In this document: piece after piece, positions 27,545 through 37,051 of the stretch
How positions within the stretch are numbered: position 1 is the first letter of the stretch
How the letters are laid out: every line of letters begins with the position of its first letter
Assembly (NCBI RefSeq): GCF_035943735.1
Contig: NZ_DASZBV010000019.1
Coordinates: forward strand, 5,463 to 69,462
DNA: 64,000 nt
Origin: Pseudolabrys sp.
GTDB taxonomy: Bacteria > Pseudomonadota > Alphaproteobacteria > Rhizobiales > Xanthobacteraceae
Direction of reading: 5' to 3'
Translations under genes and position numbers: made by a program
The notes under the pieces: generated by a model
The model's database searches: none
What the model was told of the DNA's origin: nothing
What the model saw: the letters and a program-made list of their open reading frames with translations, nothing else

Positions 27545-28252
27545 TCAGGCGTTCAGGCGAGTCAACGCCGCGCGATTGCGCAGCACGATGCGGCGCGAGG
27601 TCGGCACGGCGATGGCGGCGCCCTTTTCGAGCTGCGTCAGGGTGCGCGACACCGTCTCGATCGTCAGGCCGAGATAATCGGCAATGTCCTGGCGCGACAT
27701 CGGCAGCTCGACCTCGGCGACCGTGGCGGAGCGCTTGGCCATCTCGAGCAAGAAGCCGGCGACGCGCTCCTGCGCGGTCTTGATCAGCAGCATGATGTGG
27801 TCCTGCGCGCGCTGCAGCTCGCCGGCGGTCATCGCCCAGAGCTGGCGCGCCACCTCGTTGTCGCGCGCGGCGAGCGCGACGAGCGACGAGCGCTTGACCA
27901 CGAGAACCTTGGAATCGGCGATCGCCTCGGCGGAGAAGCTGTGCGCTTCACCAATCTCGAGACCGAAGACGTCGCCGGGGAGATAGAAGGCGCCGATCTG
28001 GCGGCGGCCGTCGTTGAGCACCTTGTAGGTGCGCACGGTGCCGGTGATAACCTTGTAGACGTATTCGGCGGGCTCGTTCTCGCCATAGATCTCGGCGTTG
28101 CGGCCAAAGGGCATCGGCGCGCCCATCAGCTCGATCGACGACTGGAAGCTCTTGGCAGCGACGGCAGGAGCCGGACGCATCGGTTGCGGTCGGGCGTTGG
28201 CGGTAGACTGGAGCGTCCTCTGAGCGAGCATGGCGGCAAGTCCCCGTTGCAT
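27545..28252 (-). CDS. fixK: Crp/Fnr family transcriptional regulator, FixK type (no Cys cluster)
   Basis: cNMP-binding-like barrel plus HTH SRQDIADYLGLTIETVSRTL. The start is uncertain: ATG 28252 gives 235 aa, with alternatives at 28231 and 28285, and the listed ORF runs to 28363. It is adjacent and divergent to fixLJ. Confidence 0.88.
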   Translation of the reverse strand: MQRGLAAMLAQRTLQSTANARPQPMRPAPAVAAKSFQSSIELMGAPMPFGRNAEIYGENEPAEYVYKVITGTVRTYKVLNDGRRQIGAFYLPGDVFGLEIGEAHSFSAEAIADSKVLVVKRSSLVALAARDNEVARQLWAMTAGELQRAQDHIMLLIKTAQERVAGFLLEMAKRSATVAEVELPMSRQDIADYLGLTIETVSRTLTQLEKGAAIAVPTSRRIVLRNRAALTRLNA

Positions 28253-28361
28253 CTGCGTTCGATGCTGTGGAGATACCGCTGGCATTGCGCGCTCGAAATT
28301 CAGATAATGAACATAAGGGATTATCCGGAGGGGCGCGGCGCCCGCCGCGGCGCCCGAGGTC

Positions 28362-29867
28362 ATGCCGGAAACTACTGATAAACAAGGACTATTTTTGCGC
28401 TGGCAAAACAGCTGGTGGGTCGTCTACGCGCTCACGCCAGCCGCCGTGGCCCTGGCGTTCGTGGTGCGAGTGTCGCTGCTGCCGGTTCTGCACAGCCAGA
28501 CGGTTTTTCTCTACTTCGTACCGGCCGTGCTTGTTGCCGCCGCTGTCGGCGGCGTCGGCCCGGGTCTCCTAGCGACGGCGCTCAGTCTGCTCTGTACCTT
28601 CACCGTCTTCATCGATCCGCTCGATCTCACCACCATCTGGCTGACCAACAGCACGGCATTCACGCTGATCTGCGTCGGCATCTCGTGGGGCGGCGAGCTC
28701 CTGCGGCGCGGACGCACGCGCACACTGGCGATGACGGACGAAGCGCTGGCGCGCGAAGCGCATGTGCAGTCGATCCTCGATACCGTGCCGGAGGCGATGA
28801 TCGTCATCAACGATCACGGCATCATACAATCGTTCAGCGTCGCGGCGGAGCGGCTCTTTGGCTACAACGCGGCGCAGGCGATCGGCCAGAACGTCAAGGT
28901 GCTCATGCCGGCGCCCTATCGCGAAGCGCACGACGGCTATCTCTTGCGCTATATGCGCACCGGCGAGCGGCGCATCATCGGCATCGGCCGCGTCGTCGTC
29001 GGCCTGCGCAAGGACGGCTCGACGTTTCCGATGGAGCTCGCGGTCGGCGAGATGCATTCGGGCCGCCAGCGCTTCTTCACCGGCTTCATCCGCGACCTGA
29101 CCGAACGGCAGAAGACCGAAGCGCGTCTGCAGGAGCTGCAGTCCGAGCTCGTCCACATCTCGCGCCTGACCGCGATGGGCGAGATGGCCTCGACGCTCGC
29201 ACACGAGCTCAACCAGCCGCTGTCGGCGATCTCCAATTATCTGAAGGGCTCGCGCCGCCTGCTGGCGGAGGGCGACGACGAACGCTCGGCCATGCTGCGC
29301 GACGCGCTCGACAAGGCCGGCGATCAGGCGATGCGCGCCGGGCAGATCATCCGGCGGCTGCGCGATTTCGTCTCGCGCGGCGAGAGCGAGCGCCGCGTCG
29401 AGAACATCACCAAGCTGGTCGAGGAGGCGAGCGCGCTGGCGCTGGTGGGCGTCAAGGACCGCGGCATCAAGGTGCGCTTCCAGTTCGACCCGACCGTCGG
29501 CCTCGTGCTCGCCGACCGCGTGCAGATCCAGCAGGTACTACTCAATCTCATCCGCAACGCCATGGATGCGATGGAAGAAACGGTCAATCGCGACCTGATG
29601 ATCGCGATCGTGCCGGAAAACGGCACCCATGTGCGCATCAGCGTGGCCGATACCGGCTCGGGGATTTCGCCCGACATCGCTGAGCAGCTGTTCCAGCCGT
29701 TCATCACCACCAAGCGTACCGGCATGGGCGTGGGCCTGTCGATCTCGCGCACCATCGTGGAAGCACATGGGGGGCGCATCTGGGTGGTGCCCAATCCGGC
29801 CGGCGGCACGATTTTCAACTTCACGCTGGCCGCCGTGACTGAGGAGGATGTCAACGATGCAGGGTGA
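28362..29867 (+). CDS. fixL: oxygen-sensor histidine kinase FixL (membrane-anchored, heme-PAS)
   Basis: About four N-terminal TM segments. The heme-PAS signature is [42 protein letters not shown]-box [14 protein letters not shown], plus N/G boxes. The start codon is tentative. Confidence 0.92.
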   Translation: MPETTDKQGLFLRWQNSWWVVYALTPAAVALAFVVRVSLLPVLHSQTVFLYFVPAVLVAAAVGGVGPGLLATALSLLCTFTVFIDPLDLTTIWLTNSTAFTLICVGISWGGELLRRGRTRTLAMTDEALAREAHVQSILDTVPEAMIVINDHGIIQSFSVAAERLFGYNAAQAIGQNVKVLMPAPYREAHDGYLLRYMRTGERRIIGIGRVVVGLRKDGSTFPMELAVGEMHSGRQRFFTGFIRDLTERQKTEARLQELQSELVHISRLTAMGEMASTLAHELNQPLSAISNYLKGSRRLLAEGDDERSAMLRDALDKAGDQAMRAGQIIRRLRDFVSRGESERRVENITKLVEEASALALVGVKDRGIKVRFQFDPTVGLVLADRVQIQQVLLNLIRNAMDAMEETVNRDLMIAIVPENGTHVRISVADTGSGISPDIAEQLFQPFITTKRTGMGVGLSISRTIVEAHGGRIWVVPNPAGGTIFNFTLAAVTEEDVNDAG

Positions 29868-30483
29868 CGCCATCATTTATGTGATCGACGACGACGAGGC
29901 GGTGCGGCAGTCGCTCGAATTCCTGCTGAGAACCGCCGGCATCAAAGTGCGCGGCTTCGAATCGGGCAAGGCGTTTCTCGACGTGCTGGCGCAGATCGAC
30001 TCCGGCTGCGTCATCACCGACGTACGCATGCCGGAGATCACCGGTATCGACCTGCTCAAGAAGGTGAAGGAGATCAAGCCCGACCTGCCGGTCATCGTCA
30101 TCACCGGCCACGGGGATATCGCGCTTGCCGTCGAAGCGATGAAGATCGGCGCGGTCGACTTCCTGGAGAAGCCGTTCGACGACGATCATCTGCTGGCCGC
30201 GGTCAAGAGCGCGCTCGATCGCGAGGCCGACCTCGCCCAGCGCAACGCCGAGGTGAATGGCATCCATGACAAGCTCGCGGCTTTGTCGAACCGCGAGCGG
30301 CAGGTGCTGGAAGGGCTGGTGGCCGGCAATGCCAACAAGAACATCGCCTTCGATCTCGGCATCAGCCCGCGTACGGTCGAGATCTATCGCGCCAACCTGA
30401 TGACCAAGATGGCCGCCAACAGCCTTTCGGACCTGGTGCGGATGGCGATGATGGCGGGGATTCTGGACGGCGGGAAGAAGTGA
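29857..30483 (+). CDS. fixJ: response regulator FixJ (REC + LuxR-type HTH)
   Basis: REC domain (VIDDD...TDVRMPE) and LuxR HTH ([33 protein letters not shown]). The ATG at 29857 lies 8 nt after GGAGGA; an alternative ATG is at 29848. Confidence 0.92.
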   Translation: MQGDAIIYVIDDDEAVRQSLEFLLRTAGIKVRGFESGKAFLDVLAQIDSGCVITDVRMPEITGIDLLKKVKEIKPDLPVIVITGHGDIALAVEAMKIGAVDFLEKPFDDDHLLAAVKSALDREADLAQRNAEVNGIHDKLAALSNRERQVLEGLVAGNANKNIAFDLGISPRTVEIYRANLMTKMAANSLSDLVRMAMMAGILDGGKK

Positions 30484-30519
30484 TGCGTGTCCCGTAGCAA
30501 GCGCCGTCCTTCGTGGCGG

Positions 30520-30574
30520 CCCCGGATCAGCAGCGCAGCATTCCGCTTCGCTGCATGCTGCGCAGCGTCCGGGG
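30520..30574. repeat. palindromic element / bidirectional terminator-like hairpin
   Basis: CCCCGGA..GCGCAGCA...TGCTGCGC..TCCGGGG lies between the convergent fixJ and TPP-enzyme genes. Confidence 0.7.
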
Positions 30575-30583
30575 CAAGATTCC

Positions 30584-31192
30584 CTACTTCCTCACCCCCA
30601 GCCCCATCATGAAGCGCTGACGGATCTGCACCGGATCGCGGTCGGTGGTGCCGGTGCCGGGCTTGTCGTCGATGCGCGCGGCGATCAAGGTCGGGCCGCC
30701 GTCTTTGAGCGCCGCGGCGAACAGGCGGTCGAAGTCGTCCTCGTCGGCGGCCCAGGCGCTATTCGAAAGACCGCATCCGCGCGCCACCGCGACGATGTCG
30801 GCGACCGCCGCGCTCGCCGTCGGCTGGCCGCCGGTGATCTGGTACATGCCGTTGTCCCACACCACCATGGTCAGGTTCTTCGGCTTGCGCATCGCCACGG
30901 TGGCGAGGCAACCGAGCTGCATCAAGAGCGAGCCGTCGCCCTCGAGCGCGACGACGTGCCGTTTCGGCTGCGCGATGGCAACGCCGAACGCGATCGGGAT
31001 GGCGAGCCCCATGCTGCCGAGCATGTAGAAATTCTGCGGTCGCTGCCCACTCATCCAGAGATCGAAATTGGTGTTGCCGATGCCGCCGATGACGGCTTCG
31101 TCGTGCTTCAGCTGCGCCACGGCGCGCCTGGTCAGCTCGAAGCGGTTCATCACCTTGGCGTTGTGCGCGCTCAGCGCGGAATTCTGCGTCAT
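30584..31192 (-). CDS. TPP-dependent decarboxylase, beta (TPP-binding) subunit, sulfopyruvate/phosphonopyruvate decarboxylase-like
   Basis: TPP motif EGDGSLLMQLGCLATV...VVWDNGMY. It is a split-subunit arrangement with the upstream alpha gene. ATG at 31192; the listed ORF starts at GTG 31204. Confidence 0.75.
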   Translation of the reverse strand: MTQNSALSAHNAKVMNRFELTRRAVAQLKHDEAVIGGIGNTNFDLWMSGQRPQNFYMLGSMGLAIPIAFGVAIAQPKRHVVALEGDGSLLMQLGCLATVAMRKPKNLTMVVWDNGMYQITGGQPTASAAVADIVAVARGCGLSNSAWAADEDDFDRLFAAALKDGGPTLIAARIDDKPGTGTTDRDPVQIRQRFMMGLGVRK

Positions 31193-31200
31193 GGCGGGCC

Positions 31201-31728
31201 TCACGCGACGAAGACTTTGCCGCCGGTCAACAGCGGCGACAGGATGAAGGTGACCGGTGCCTGCGTGGCGAGGGCCTGCTTGATCGCGCGGTCGACGATG
31301 AAGGCGAGCTCGTCGTGCCGCGTGACGGTGTGCGTCTCGATGCCGAGCGAATCGAGCACCGGCCGCATGGTGCGGCAGACCAGCGCCTGGCCGAGATTGA
31401 ACTCGCCGAGCGTGCCGCGCTCGGACACGAACATGATCGCCGGAATCTGCGACGGGCAGACCAGCGAGGCGATGGCGTTCGGGATGGTGCCGAAGCCGGA
31501 GGTCTGCATCAGCACCGCCGCGCGCAGGCCGCCCATCCAGGCGCCGGTGACGATGCCGATCGCCTCCTCCTCGCGCGTGCAGGGGAAGGTCGTGAAGAAG
31601 TCATCGGCGTGCAGCGCCTTGATCAGCGGCGTGAACACCCGGTCGGGCACATAAGGCACCAGCCTGACATCGTTCTTCTTGAGCGTCTCCAGCACCACCT
31701 GGTGCCAAGGCTTTTCCGTGTCTGTCAT
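31201..31728 (-). CDS. TPP-dependent decarboxylase, alpha (pyrimidine-binding) subunit, ComD-like
   Basis: ATG at 31728 within the listed ORF 31201..31845. TPP_enzyme_N-like (REEEAIGIVTGAWMGG..AVLMQTSGFG). Confidence 0.75.
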   Translation of the reverse strand: MTDTEKPWHQVVLETLKKNDVRLVPYVPDRVFTPLIKALHADDFFTTFPCTREEEAIGIVTGAWMGGLRAAVLMQTSGFGTIPNAIASLVCPSQIPAIMFVSERGTLGEFNLGQALVCRTMRPVLDSLGIETHTVTRHDELAFIVDRAIKQALATQAPVTFILSPLLTGGKVFVA

Positions 31729-31890
31729 CACCACCAGAGCCAGTCTTGTTGCGCCGCTATGGGTGTCAGGGCGTCGTCGGGTAGCGCGACTGTAGGGGCC
31801 CGCTTTCCATTCGTGAAATTCATTGTCCCTATTTCTAGCATTCATCGCGCCAATGCCGAAAGGCGGGCCCCGTGCGCTCCGCGCGGTAAG

Positions 31891-31909
31891 TCAATGCGAA
31901 GTCCATTGA
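31891..31909. promoter_or_regulatory. inverted repeat TCAATG-N7-CATTGA in a divergent promoter region
   Basis: Perfect 6-bp arms between the divergent TPP-decarboxylase and tctC-like genes. The cognate regulator is unknown. Confidence 0.3.
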
Positions 31910-31989
31910 TCCGCCGCGGCGCCCCGCCTACCCTGCCGCCGCGGCGACGACCACACAACAAGCCGATCATTCGGGGGAGAAACACCACA

Positions 31990-33003
31990 ATGACTGAACG
32001 CAAGACATTCGCGCCGTCGCGCCGGCGCGTCATCAAGAGCATCGGCGTCCTTGCCGCCGGGGTCACCGCACCGGCGGTATTGATGGGCCGCTCGGCGCTG
32101 GCCGCCTATCCGGACCGGCCGGTGAAGATCGTCGTCGCCAACACGCCCGGCGGCCCGTCCGACCTCGTCGGCCGCGTCGTCGCCGCGGCGCTGCAGGAAT
32201 CCACCGGCAAGACCTTCATCATCGAGAACCGCGGCGGCGCCGGCGGCAACATCGGCATGGGCTACGTCGCGCATTCCGAGCCGGACGGCTACACCTACCT
32301 GCTCGCGACCAGCGCCTTCTCGGTCAACGTCGGTCTTTACAATCACCTGCCCTTCGATCCGATGAAGGACTTCGTCGCCGTCAGCGAGCTTGCCGGCGTG
32401 CCGAACATCTTCGTCGTGCGCAAGGAATCGCCGGCGAAATCGATGAAGCAGTTCGTCGACATCGCGGGCAAGAGCCCCGACAAATACAACGTCTCGGTGC
32501 CGCCGATCGGCACGACGCCGCAACTGCAAGCGACGCTGCTGAAGGTGCGCGCCAACCTGCCGAAGCTGGAAGAGGTCGTGTTCAAGGGCGGCGGCGACGC
32601 GCTGCAGGCGCTGCTGACCAGCACGGTGCAGATCGCCTCGAACTCGCTCGGCCCGGCCTCGCCGCATATCCGCGCCGGCACGATCCGCGGTCTCGCGCTG
32701 TGCGCCGATGAGCGCTGGCCGGACTTCCCCGACATGCCGACGATGGCAGAGGCGGGCTTCAAGGACTTCGTCTTCGCCACCGACATGGCGCTTCTGGCGC
32801 CGGCGAAGACACCGCCGGATCACGTGAAGTGGCTGGAGGCCGCGACGCTGAAGGTGCTGTCGTCGCCGCAGATGAAGGAGAAGCTTTTCAAGGCCGGCTT
32901 CCTGGTGCGGCCGAAAGGCGGCGCTGCGGCGTGGACGCGCATGACCAAGGAGATGACGACCTTCAAGACCATCATCGACACGGCGCACATCACGAAGCTC
33001 TGA
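31990..33003 (+). CDS. Bug/TctC family tripartite tricarboxylate transporter substrate-binding protein
   Basis: ATG at 31990 after GGGGGAGA. Tat-type signal (SRRRVIKSIGVLAAG). Bug-family core (PDRPVKIVV...PGGPSD). No tctA/tctB gene is nearby. Confidence 0.88.
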   Translation: MTERKTFAPSRRRVIKSIGVLAAGVTAPAVLMGRSALAAYPDRPVKIVVANTPGGPSDLVGRVVAAALQESTGKTFIIENRGGAGGNIGMGYVAHSEPDGYTYLLATSAFSVNVGLYNHLPFDPMKDFVAVSELAGVPNIFVVRKESPAKSMKQFVDIAGKSPDKYNVSVPPIGTTPQLQATLLKVRANLPKLEEVVFKGGGDALQALLTSTVQIASNSLGPASPHIRAGTIRGLALCADERWPDFPDMPTMAEAGFKDFVFATDMALLAPAKTPPDHVKWLEAATLKVLSSPQMKEKLFKAGFLVRPKGGAAAWTRMTKEMTTFKTIIDTAHITKL

Positions 33004-33037
33004 GCCGGCTCGACGGCGAAGCGGTTCGAAAGCCCTC

Positions 33038-34159
33038 ATGCAAATCAAGTCGATCGAACCCTTCGCCGTCAGCCTGCCGATGAAGAAGCCCGTCATCATG
33101 GCGGGCGAGGAAGTGCGCCGCGCCGACAACGTGCTGGTGCGCATCGTCGCCGCCGACGGCGCCGAGGGCTGGGGCGAGGCGGCGTCGGCGCCGGTAATGA
33201 CCGGCGAGACGCTGGAGAGCATCGTCACCGCCGTGCACTATCTCACACCGGTGCTGCGCGGCCGCGATCCGCGCGACATCGACGGCGCGCTCGCCGCCAT
33301 GGACGGGCGCATGTACGGCAATCACGGCGCCAAGGCCGCGATCGAGATCGCACTGCACGACCTCGCCGGCCACGCCGCCGCGACGCCGGTGCACGCGCTG
33401 CTCGGGCAGAAAGTGCGCCAGCGCATGCCGCTGCTCGGCGTCATCGGCGGCGGCGATCTCGGCGGCGATCTCGTCGACGCCGGCAAGAAGAAGACGGAGG
33501 GCTTCACCGCCTTCAAGATCAAGGTCGGCATCGATACGCCGGACAAGGACGCGGCGCGCACGCGCGCGATCTGCGACGTGCTCGGCCGCGACGCGCTGAT
33601 CTCCGCCGACGCCAACCAGGGCTTCAGCCGCGCCGGCGCACTCGATTATGTACACGCGGTCGATGGCTCGGGCTTGGGCTTCTTCGAGCAGCCGGTGATG
33701 GCCGACGATCTCGATGCGATGGCGGAGATCGCGGCGGCGACGTCGATCGCCATCGGCGCCGACGAAGGGATCCATTCGCTCGCGGACATCCGCCGTCATC
33801 ACGACCGCAAGGCGGCGCGCGGCGTCAGCCTCAAGGCGATCAAGCTCGGCGGCGTGCGCGCGCTGACCGAAGCGGGCCGGCTGTGCGGCGCGCTCGGCAT
33901 GCACGTCAACATCTCCTGCAAGACCGGCGAATCGAGCGTCGCCTGCGCCGCCGCGCTGCATGCGGCGGCGGTGATCCCGAACCTCGACTGGGCGCTGACG
34001 CTGACGCATACGGCGCTCGGCGAGGACATCACCGCCGCGCCCATCGCCACCGCGCGCGGCCATGTCGAGGCGCTCGACGCGCCGGGGCTCGGCGTCAGCG
34101 TCGATCTCGACCGTGTGCAACGTCACCGCGTAGCGATCGCAGTGCGCGCGATCGCGTGA
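33038..34159 (+). CDS. enolase-superfamily enzyme, muconate-lactonizing-enzyme (MLE) subgroup
   Basis: KxK motif (FKIKVG), metal ligands (SADAN, FEQP, GADE) and a second Lys (SLKAIKLGG). Confidence 0.85.
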   Translation: MQIKSIEPFAVSLPMKKPVIMAGEEVRRADNVLVRIVAADGAEGWGEAASAPVMTGETLESIVTAVHYLTPVLRGRDPRDIDGALAAMDGRMYGNHGAKAAIEIALHDLAGHAAATPVHALLGQKVRQRMPLLGVIGGGDLGGDLVDAGKKKTEGFTAFKIKVGIDTPDKDAARTRAICDVLGRDALISADANQGFSRAGALDYVHAVDGSGLGFFEQPVMADDLDAMAEIAAATSIAIGADEGIHSLADIRRHHDRKAARGVSLKAIKLGGVRALTEAGRLCGALGMHVNISCKTGESSVACAAALHAAAVIPNLDWALTLTHTALGEDITAAPIATARGHVEALDAPGLGVSVDLDRVQRHRVAIAVRAIA

Positions 34160-34259
34160 CCGCGGCGCGACGGAACAGCCGACAGGCCATGACGTTGATC
34201 CGGCACAGCCGGAGCGGGATGCCGCCCGGCTTTAGCCGTCGCGTCATCAGGGAGCCTTC

Positions 34260-35279
34260 ATGTCGAGCGCCGACCGCGCGATCCGCCAGCCGCACCGGCG
34301 GCCGTCGCTGTCGTCGCTCCTCCTGAGCGGCGCTCTGTACTGGGCTGGCTTCCGCCGCCGGCGAGGCGAGGCCGCGGTCTGCCCGCCGCGGCGCGACGGA
34401 CCCGCGACGTCCCGCCCCGCGCCGTTTACCGCGGTGCGCGACCAGCCGCATTCGGCGCGCGACGTCGCCTCGCACATCTGGACCAATATCGGCTGCCACC
34501 GCGTGCTGGCGATCGCCGCCGGCGTGACCTTCTATGCGCTGCTGGCGATCTTCCCCGCCATCGCCGCCATCGTCGCCCTCTACGGCCTGTTCGCCGACAC
34601 GCACACCATCGTCACGCAGGTGAACAGCATGGCCGGCGTGTTGCCCGGCGGCGCCATCGCCGTCATCGGCGACCAGGTCGGGCGCATCGTGTCGCGCCCC
34701 AGTTCCTCGCTCGGCTTCACGTTCATCGTCAGCCTGCTCATCTCGCTGTGGAGCGCCAACGCCGGCATGAAGGCGATGTTCGACGCCCTCAACGTCGTCT
34801 ACAACGCCGAGGAGCGCCGCAGCTTCATCAAGCTCAACGCCGTCTCGGTGGCCTTTACGCTCGCGGCCATCGCGCTGCTGCTGGCGGCGATGGCCAGCGT
34901 CGTGGTCGTCCCGATCGTCCTCAACGCGCTGCCAATGGAGTCGCTGATCGCGCCGGCGCTCGGCTACACGCGCTGGCCGCTGCTCTTGATCCTGATCGGG
35001 CTGGGCCTGTCGGTGATCTACCGCTTTGGGCCCGACCGCGAGCATGCGCAATGGCGCTGGATCAGCTGGGGTAGCGCCCTCGCGGCGATCGCCTGGCTGG
35101 CGGCGTCGCTTTTGTTCTCCTGGTACGCAGCGAATTTCGGCAGCTACAACGAGACCTACGGCTCGCTCGGCGCGGTCATCGGCTTCATGACCTGGATGTG
35201 GCTGTCGAGCATCGTCGTCCTGCTCGGCGCCGAGATCGACGCGGTCATGGAGCGATGGGATCGCGGCAGCGCGCACTGA
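34260..35279 (+). CDS. YihY/BrkB family membrane protein
   Basis: Polytopic protein with the YihY signature region (LAIAAGVTFYALLAIFPAI...). The N-terminal ~60 aa are uncertain; an alternative GTG is at 34434. Confidence 0.8.
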   Translation: MSSADRAIRQPHRRPSLSSLLLSGALYWAGFRRRRGEAAVCPPRRDGPATSRPAPFTAVRDQPHSARDVASHIWTNIGCHRVLAIAAGVTFYALLAIFPAIAAIVALYGLFADTHTIVTQVNSMAGVLPGGAIAVIGDQVGRIVSRPSSSLGFTFIVSLLISLWSANAGMKAMFDALNVVYNAEERRSFIKLNAVSVAFTLAAIALLLAAMASVVVVPIVLNALPMESLIAPALGYTRWPLLLILIGLGLSVIYRFGPDREHAQWRWISWGSALAAIAWLAASLLFSWYAANFGSYNETYGSLGAVIGFMTWMWLSSIVVLLGAEIDAVMERWDRGSAH

Positions 35280-35409
35280 ACGGGGACGCAGCCCACCTTG
35301 CGGGTCGTCGCGCCGCGCGCCTCGGGGAAATCGATTGCCGCACCTTGCCGCCGCTGCTTAGATGCGCCTCCCGGAGATCCGCCGCGGCGCGCTTTCGACA
35401 GGAATTGAC

Positions 35410-36291
35410 ATGGATTTGGGATTCATCGGCCTCGGGGCGATGGGACAACTCATCGTTCCGCGCCTGATGGCCGCGGGACACGCGGTGACCGGCTGGAACC
35501 GGTCGCGCGACAAGGCGGATGACTTGATCGCGCAGGGCATGCGCTGGGCCGATACGCCGCGCGCCGTCGCGGCCAAATCCGAGATCGTGTTCTCCATCGT
35601 CACCGACGCCAAGGCGGTGCGCGCCTGCGCGCTCGGGCCCGACGGCGTCGTCGCCGGCATCAAGCGCGGCGGCATCTACATCGACATGAGCACGATCGAG
35701 CCGGACGAGAGCCGCGCGATCGCCGCCGAGTTCGACAAGGCCGGCGCCGTCATGCTCGACGGCCCCCTCTCCGGCTCGCCGGTCACGGTGAAGGCGGGAC
35801 AGGCCTCGGTCATGATCGGCGGCGACGAGGCGGCGTTCGAACGCGCCAGGCCGGTGCTGCTGGCGATCGGGCCGAAGGTGACGCGCATCGGTAGCAACGG
35901 CCTCGCCTGCCAGATGAAGATCGCGGTGAACCTGCTGCTGATGGTCGAGGTGATCGCCTTCGGCGAAGCGGTGGCGTTGGCCGAGAAGGGCGGCGTGAGC
36001 CGCGAGTCGGCGGTCGACGCCATCCTGAAGAGTGTCGCCGCCTCGCCCGTGCTCGGCTATCGCGGACCGTTCATCCTCGAGGGCAAGATGCCCGAGGTGC
36101 CGCTCGCCGACGTGACGCTGCAGCAGAAGGACATGATGCTGGCGCTCAATCTTGGCCGGCGGCTGGGGAGCCCGGTGCCGTTGGCAGCGGCAGCGAATGA
36201 AATGATGAATGCGTGCCGCGGCCTCGGCATCGACGGCAACGATTTCGTGGTCGCGCATCAAGTGTATCGCCGTCTGGGAGGACAAGAATGA
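35410..36291 (+). CDS. NAD(P)-dependent beta-hydroxyacid dehydrogenase (3-hydroxyisobutyrate dehydrogenase family)
   Basis: ATG at 35410. Rossmann motif GFIGLGAMG. HIBADH-like C-terminal domain. Confidence 0.88.
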   Translation: MDLGFIGLGAMGQLIVPRLMAAGHAVTGWNRSRDKADDLIAQGMRWADTPRAVAAKSEIVFSIVTDAKAVRACALGPDGVVAGIKRGGIYIDMSTIEPDESRAIAAEFDKAGAVMLDGPLSGSPVTVKAGQASVMIGGDEAAFERARPVLLAIGPKVTRIGSNGLACQMKIAVNLLLMVEVIAFGEAVALAEKGGVSRESAVDAILKSVAASPVLGYRGPFILEGKMPEVPLADVTLQQKDMMLALNLGRRLGSPVPLAAAANEMMNACRGLGIDGNDFVVAHQVYRRLGGQE

Positions 36292-36770
36292 CATCGCAGG
36301 GAGAGAAGTTCGGCGCCGCTCTGGCGAAAGCGGTGAAGGGCACCGCCGCCGCCATGAAGGGCAAGGATCCGGTGATGTACATCACCAACCTCAACGACGT
36401 GCCGAAGGTCGAAGGCCTCAAGCGCGACGACGGCTGGGTCGATATGCAGGTCCAGTTCCTGATCGACAAGAAATCGGCCGGCGCCAACCACGTCGTCGGC
36501 TGGACCGTGCTCAAGCCCGGCGCGCGGCACGAGAATCATCGCCATCATAACTGCGACGAGTTCTTCGTCGTATTGAAGGGCCATGGCCACATCTATACCG
36601 ACCACGGCGACACGCCATCGAAGGAAGGCGACGTCGTCTATTCGCCGCGCGGCTGCTGGCATGGCTTCAATAACACCTCGAACGAGGACGTCGTGCTGGT
36701 CTGGGGCTGGATGGGCGCCGGCTCGATCGAGGATTCCGGCTACGAGGTGCATCCGGAGAGTCATAAGTGA
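36288..36770 (+). CDS. cupin domain protein
   Basis: ATGA overlap with the upstream stop. Cupin His motifs (HENHRHHNCDEFFVVLKG...GCWHGF). Confidence 0.8.
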   Translation: MTSQGEKFGAALAKAVKGTAAAMKGKDPVMYITNLNDVPKVEGLKRDDGWVDMQVQFLIDKKSAGANHVVGWTVLKPGARHENHRHHNCDEFFVVLKGHGHIYTDHGDTPSKEGDVVYSPRGCWHGFNNTSNEDVVLVWGWMGAGSIEDSGYEVHPESHK

Positions 36771-37051
36771 CCGCCTATTACATCGGTCAACACGAGATCG
36801 ACGACGAGTCAGCCTTTGCCGACTATCTCGAGCAGACGATACCGTTCATTGAAAAGCACGGCGGCCGCTATCTCACGCAAGGCGGCACGCACGAGATGCT
36901 CGAAGGCCGAAGACCGAGCCGCGTCGTGGTCGTCGAATTTCCCAGCAAGCAGGCGATCAAGGATTGGTACAACGACCCCGGCTACCGGCCGCTGATTCCG
37001 AAGCGGCATGCGGTGACGTGCAGCACGATGATCGCGATTGAGGGCAAATGA
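36767..37051 (+). CDS. DUF1330 domain protein
   Basis: 94 aa, with a GTGA overlap with the upstream stop. DUF1330-like sequence (...VVVVEFPS...A..WYNDP.Y). Confidence 0.8.
   Translation: MTAYYIGQHEIDDESAFADYLEQTIPFIEKHGGRYLTQGGTHEMLEGRRPSRVVVVEFPSKQAIKDWYNDPGYRPLIPKRHAVTCSTMIAIEGK

Noticed and set aside
28253-28361. A FixJ binding site in the fixK-fixL divergent spacer (e.g. around CATAAGGGATTATCC).
   Set aside because: I cannot recall a precise enough FixJ consensus to assign a site from sequence alone. It needs a footprint or comparative alignment.
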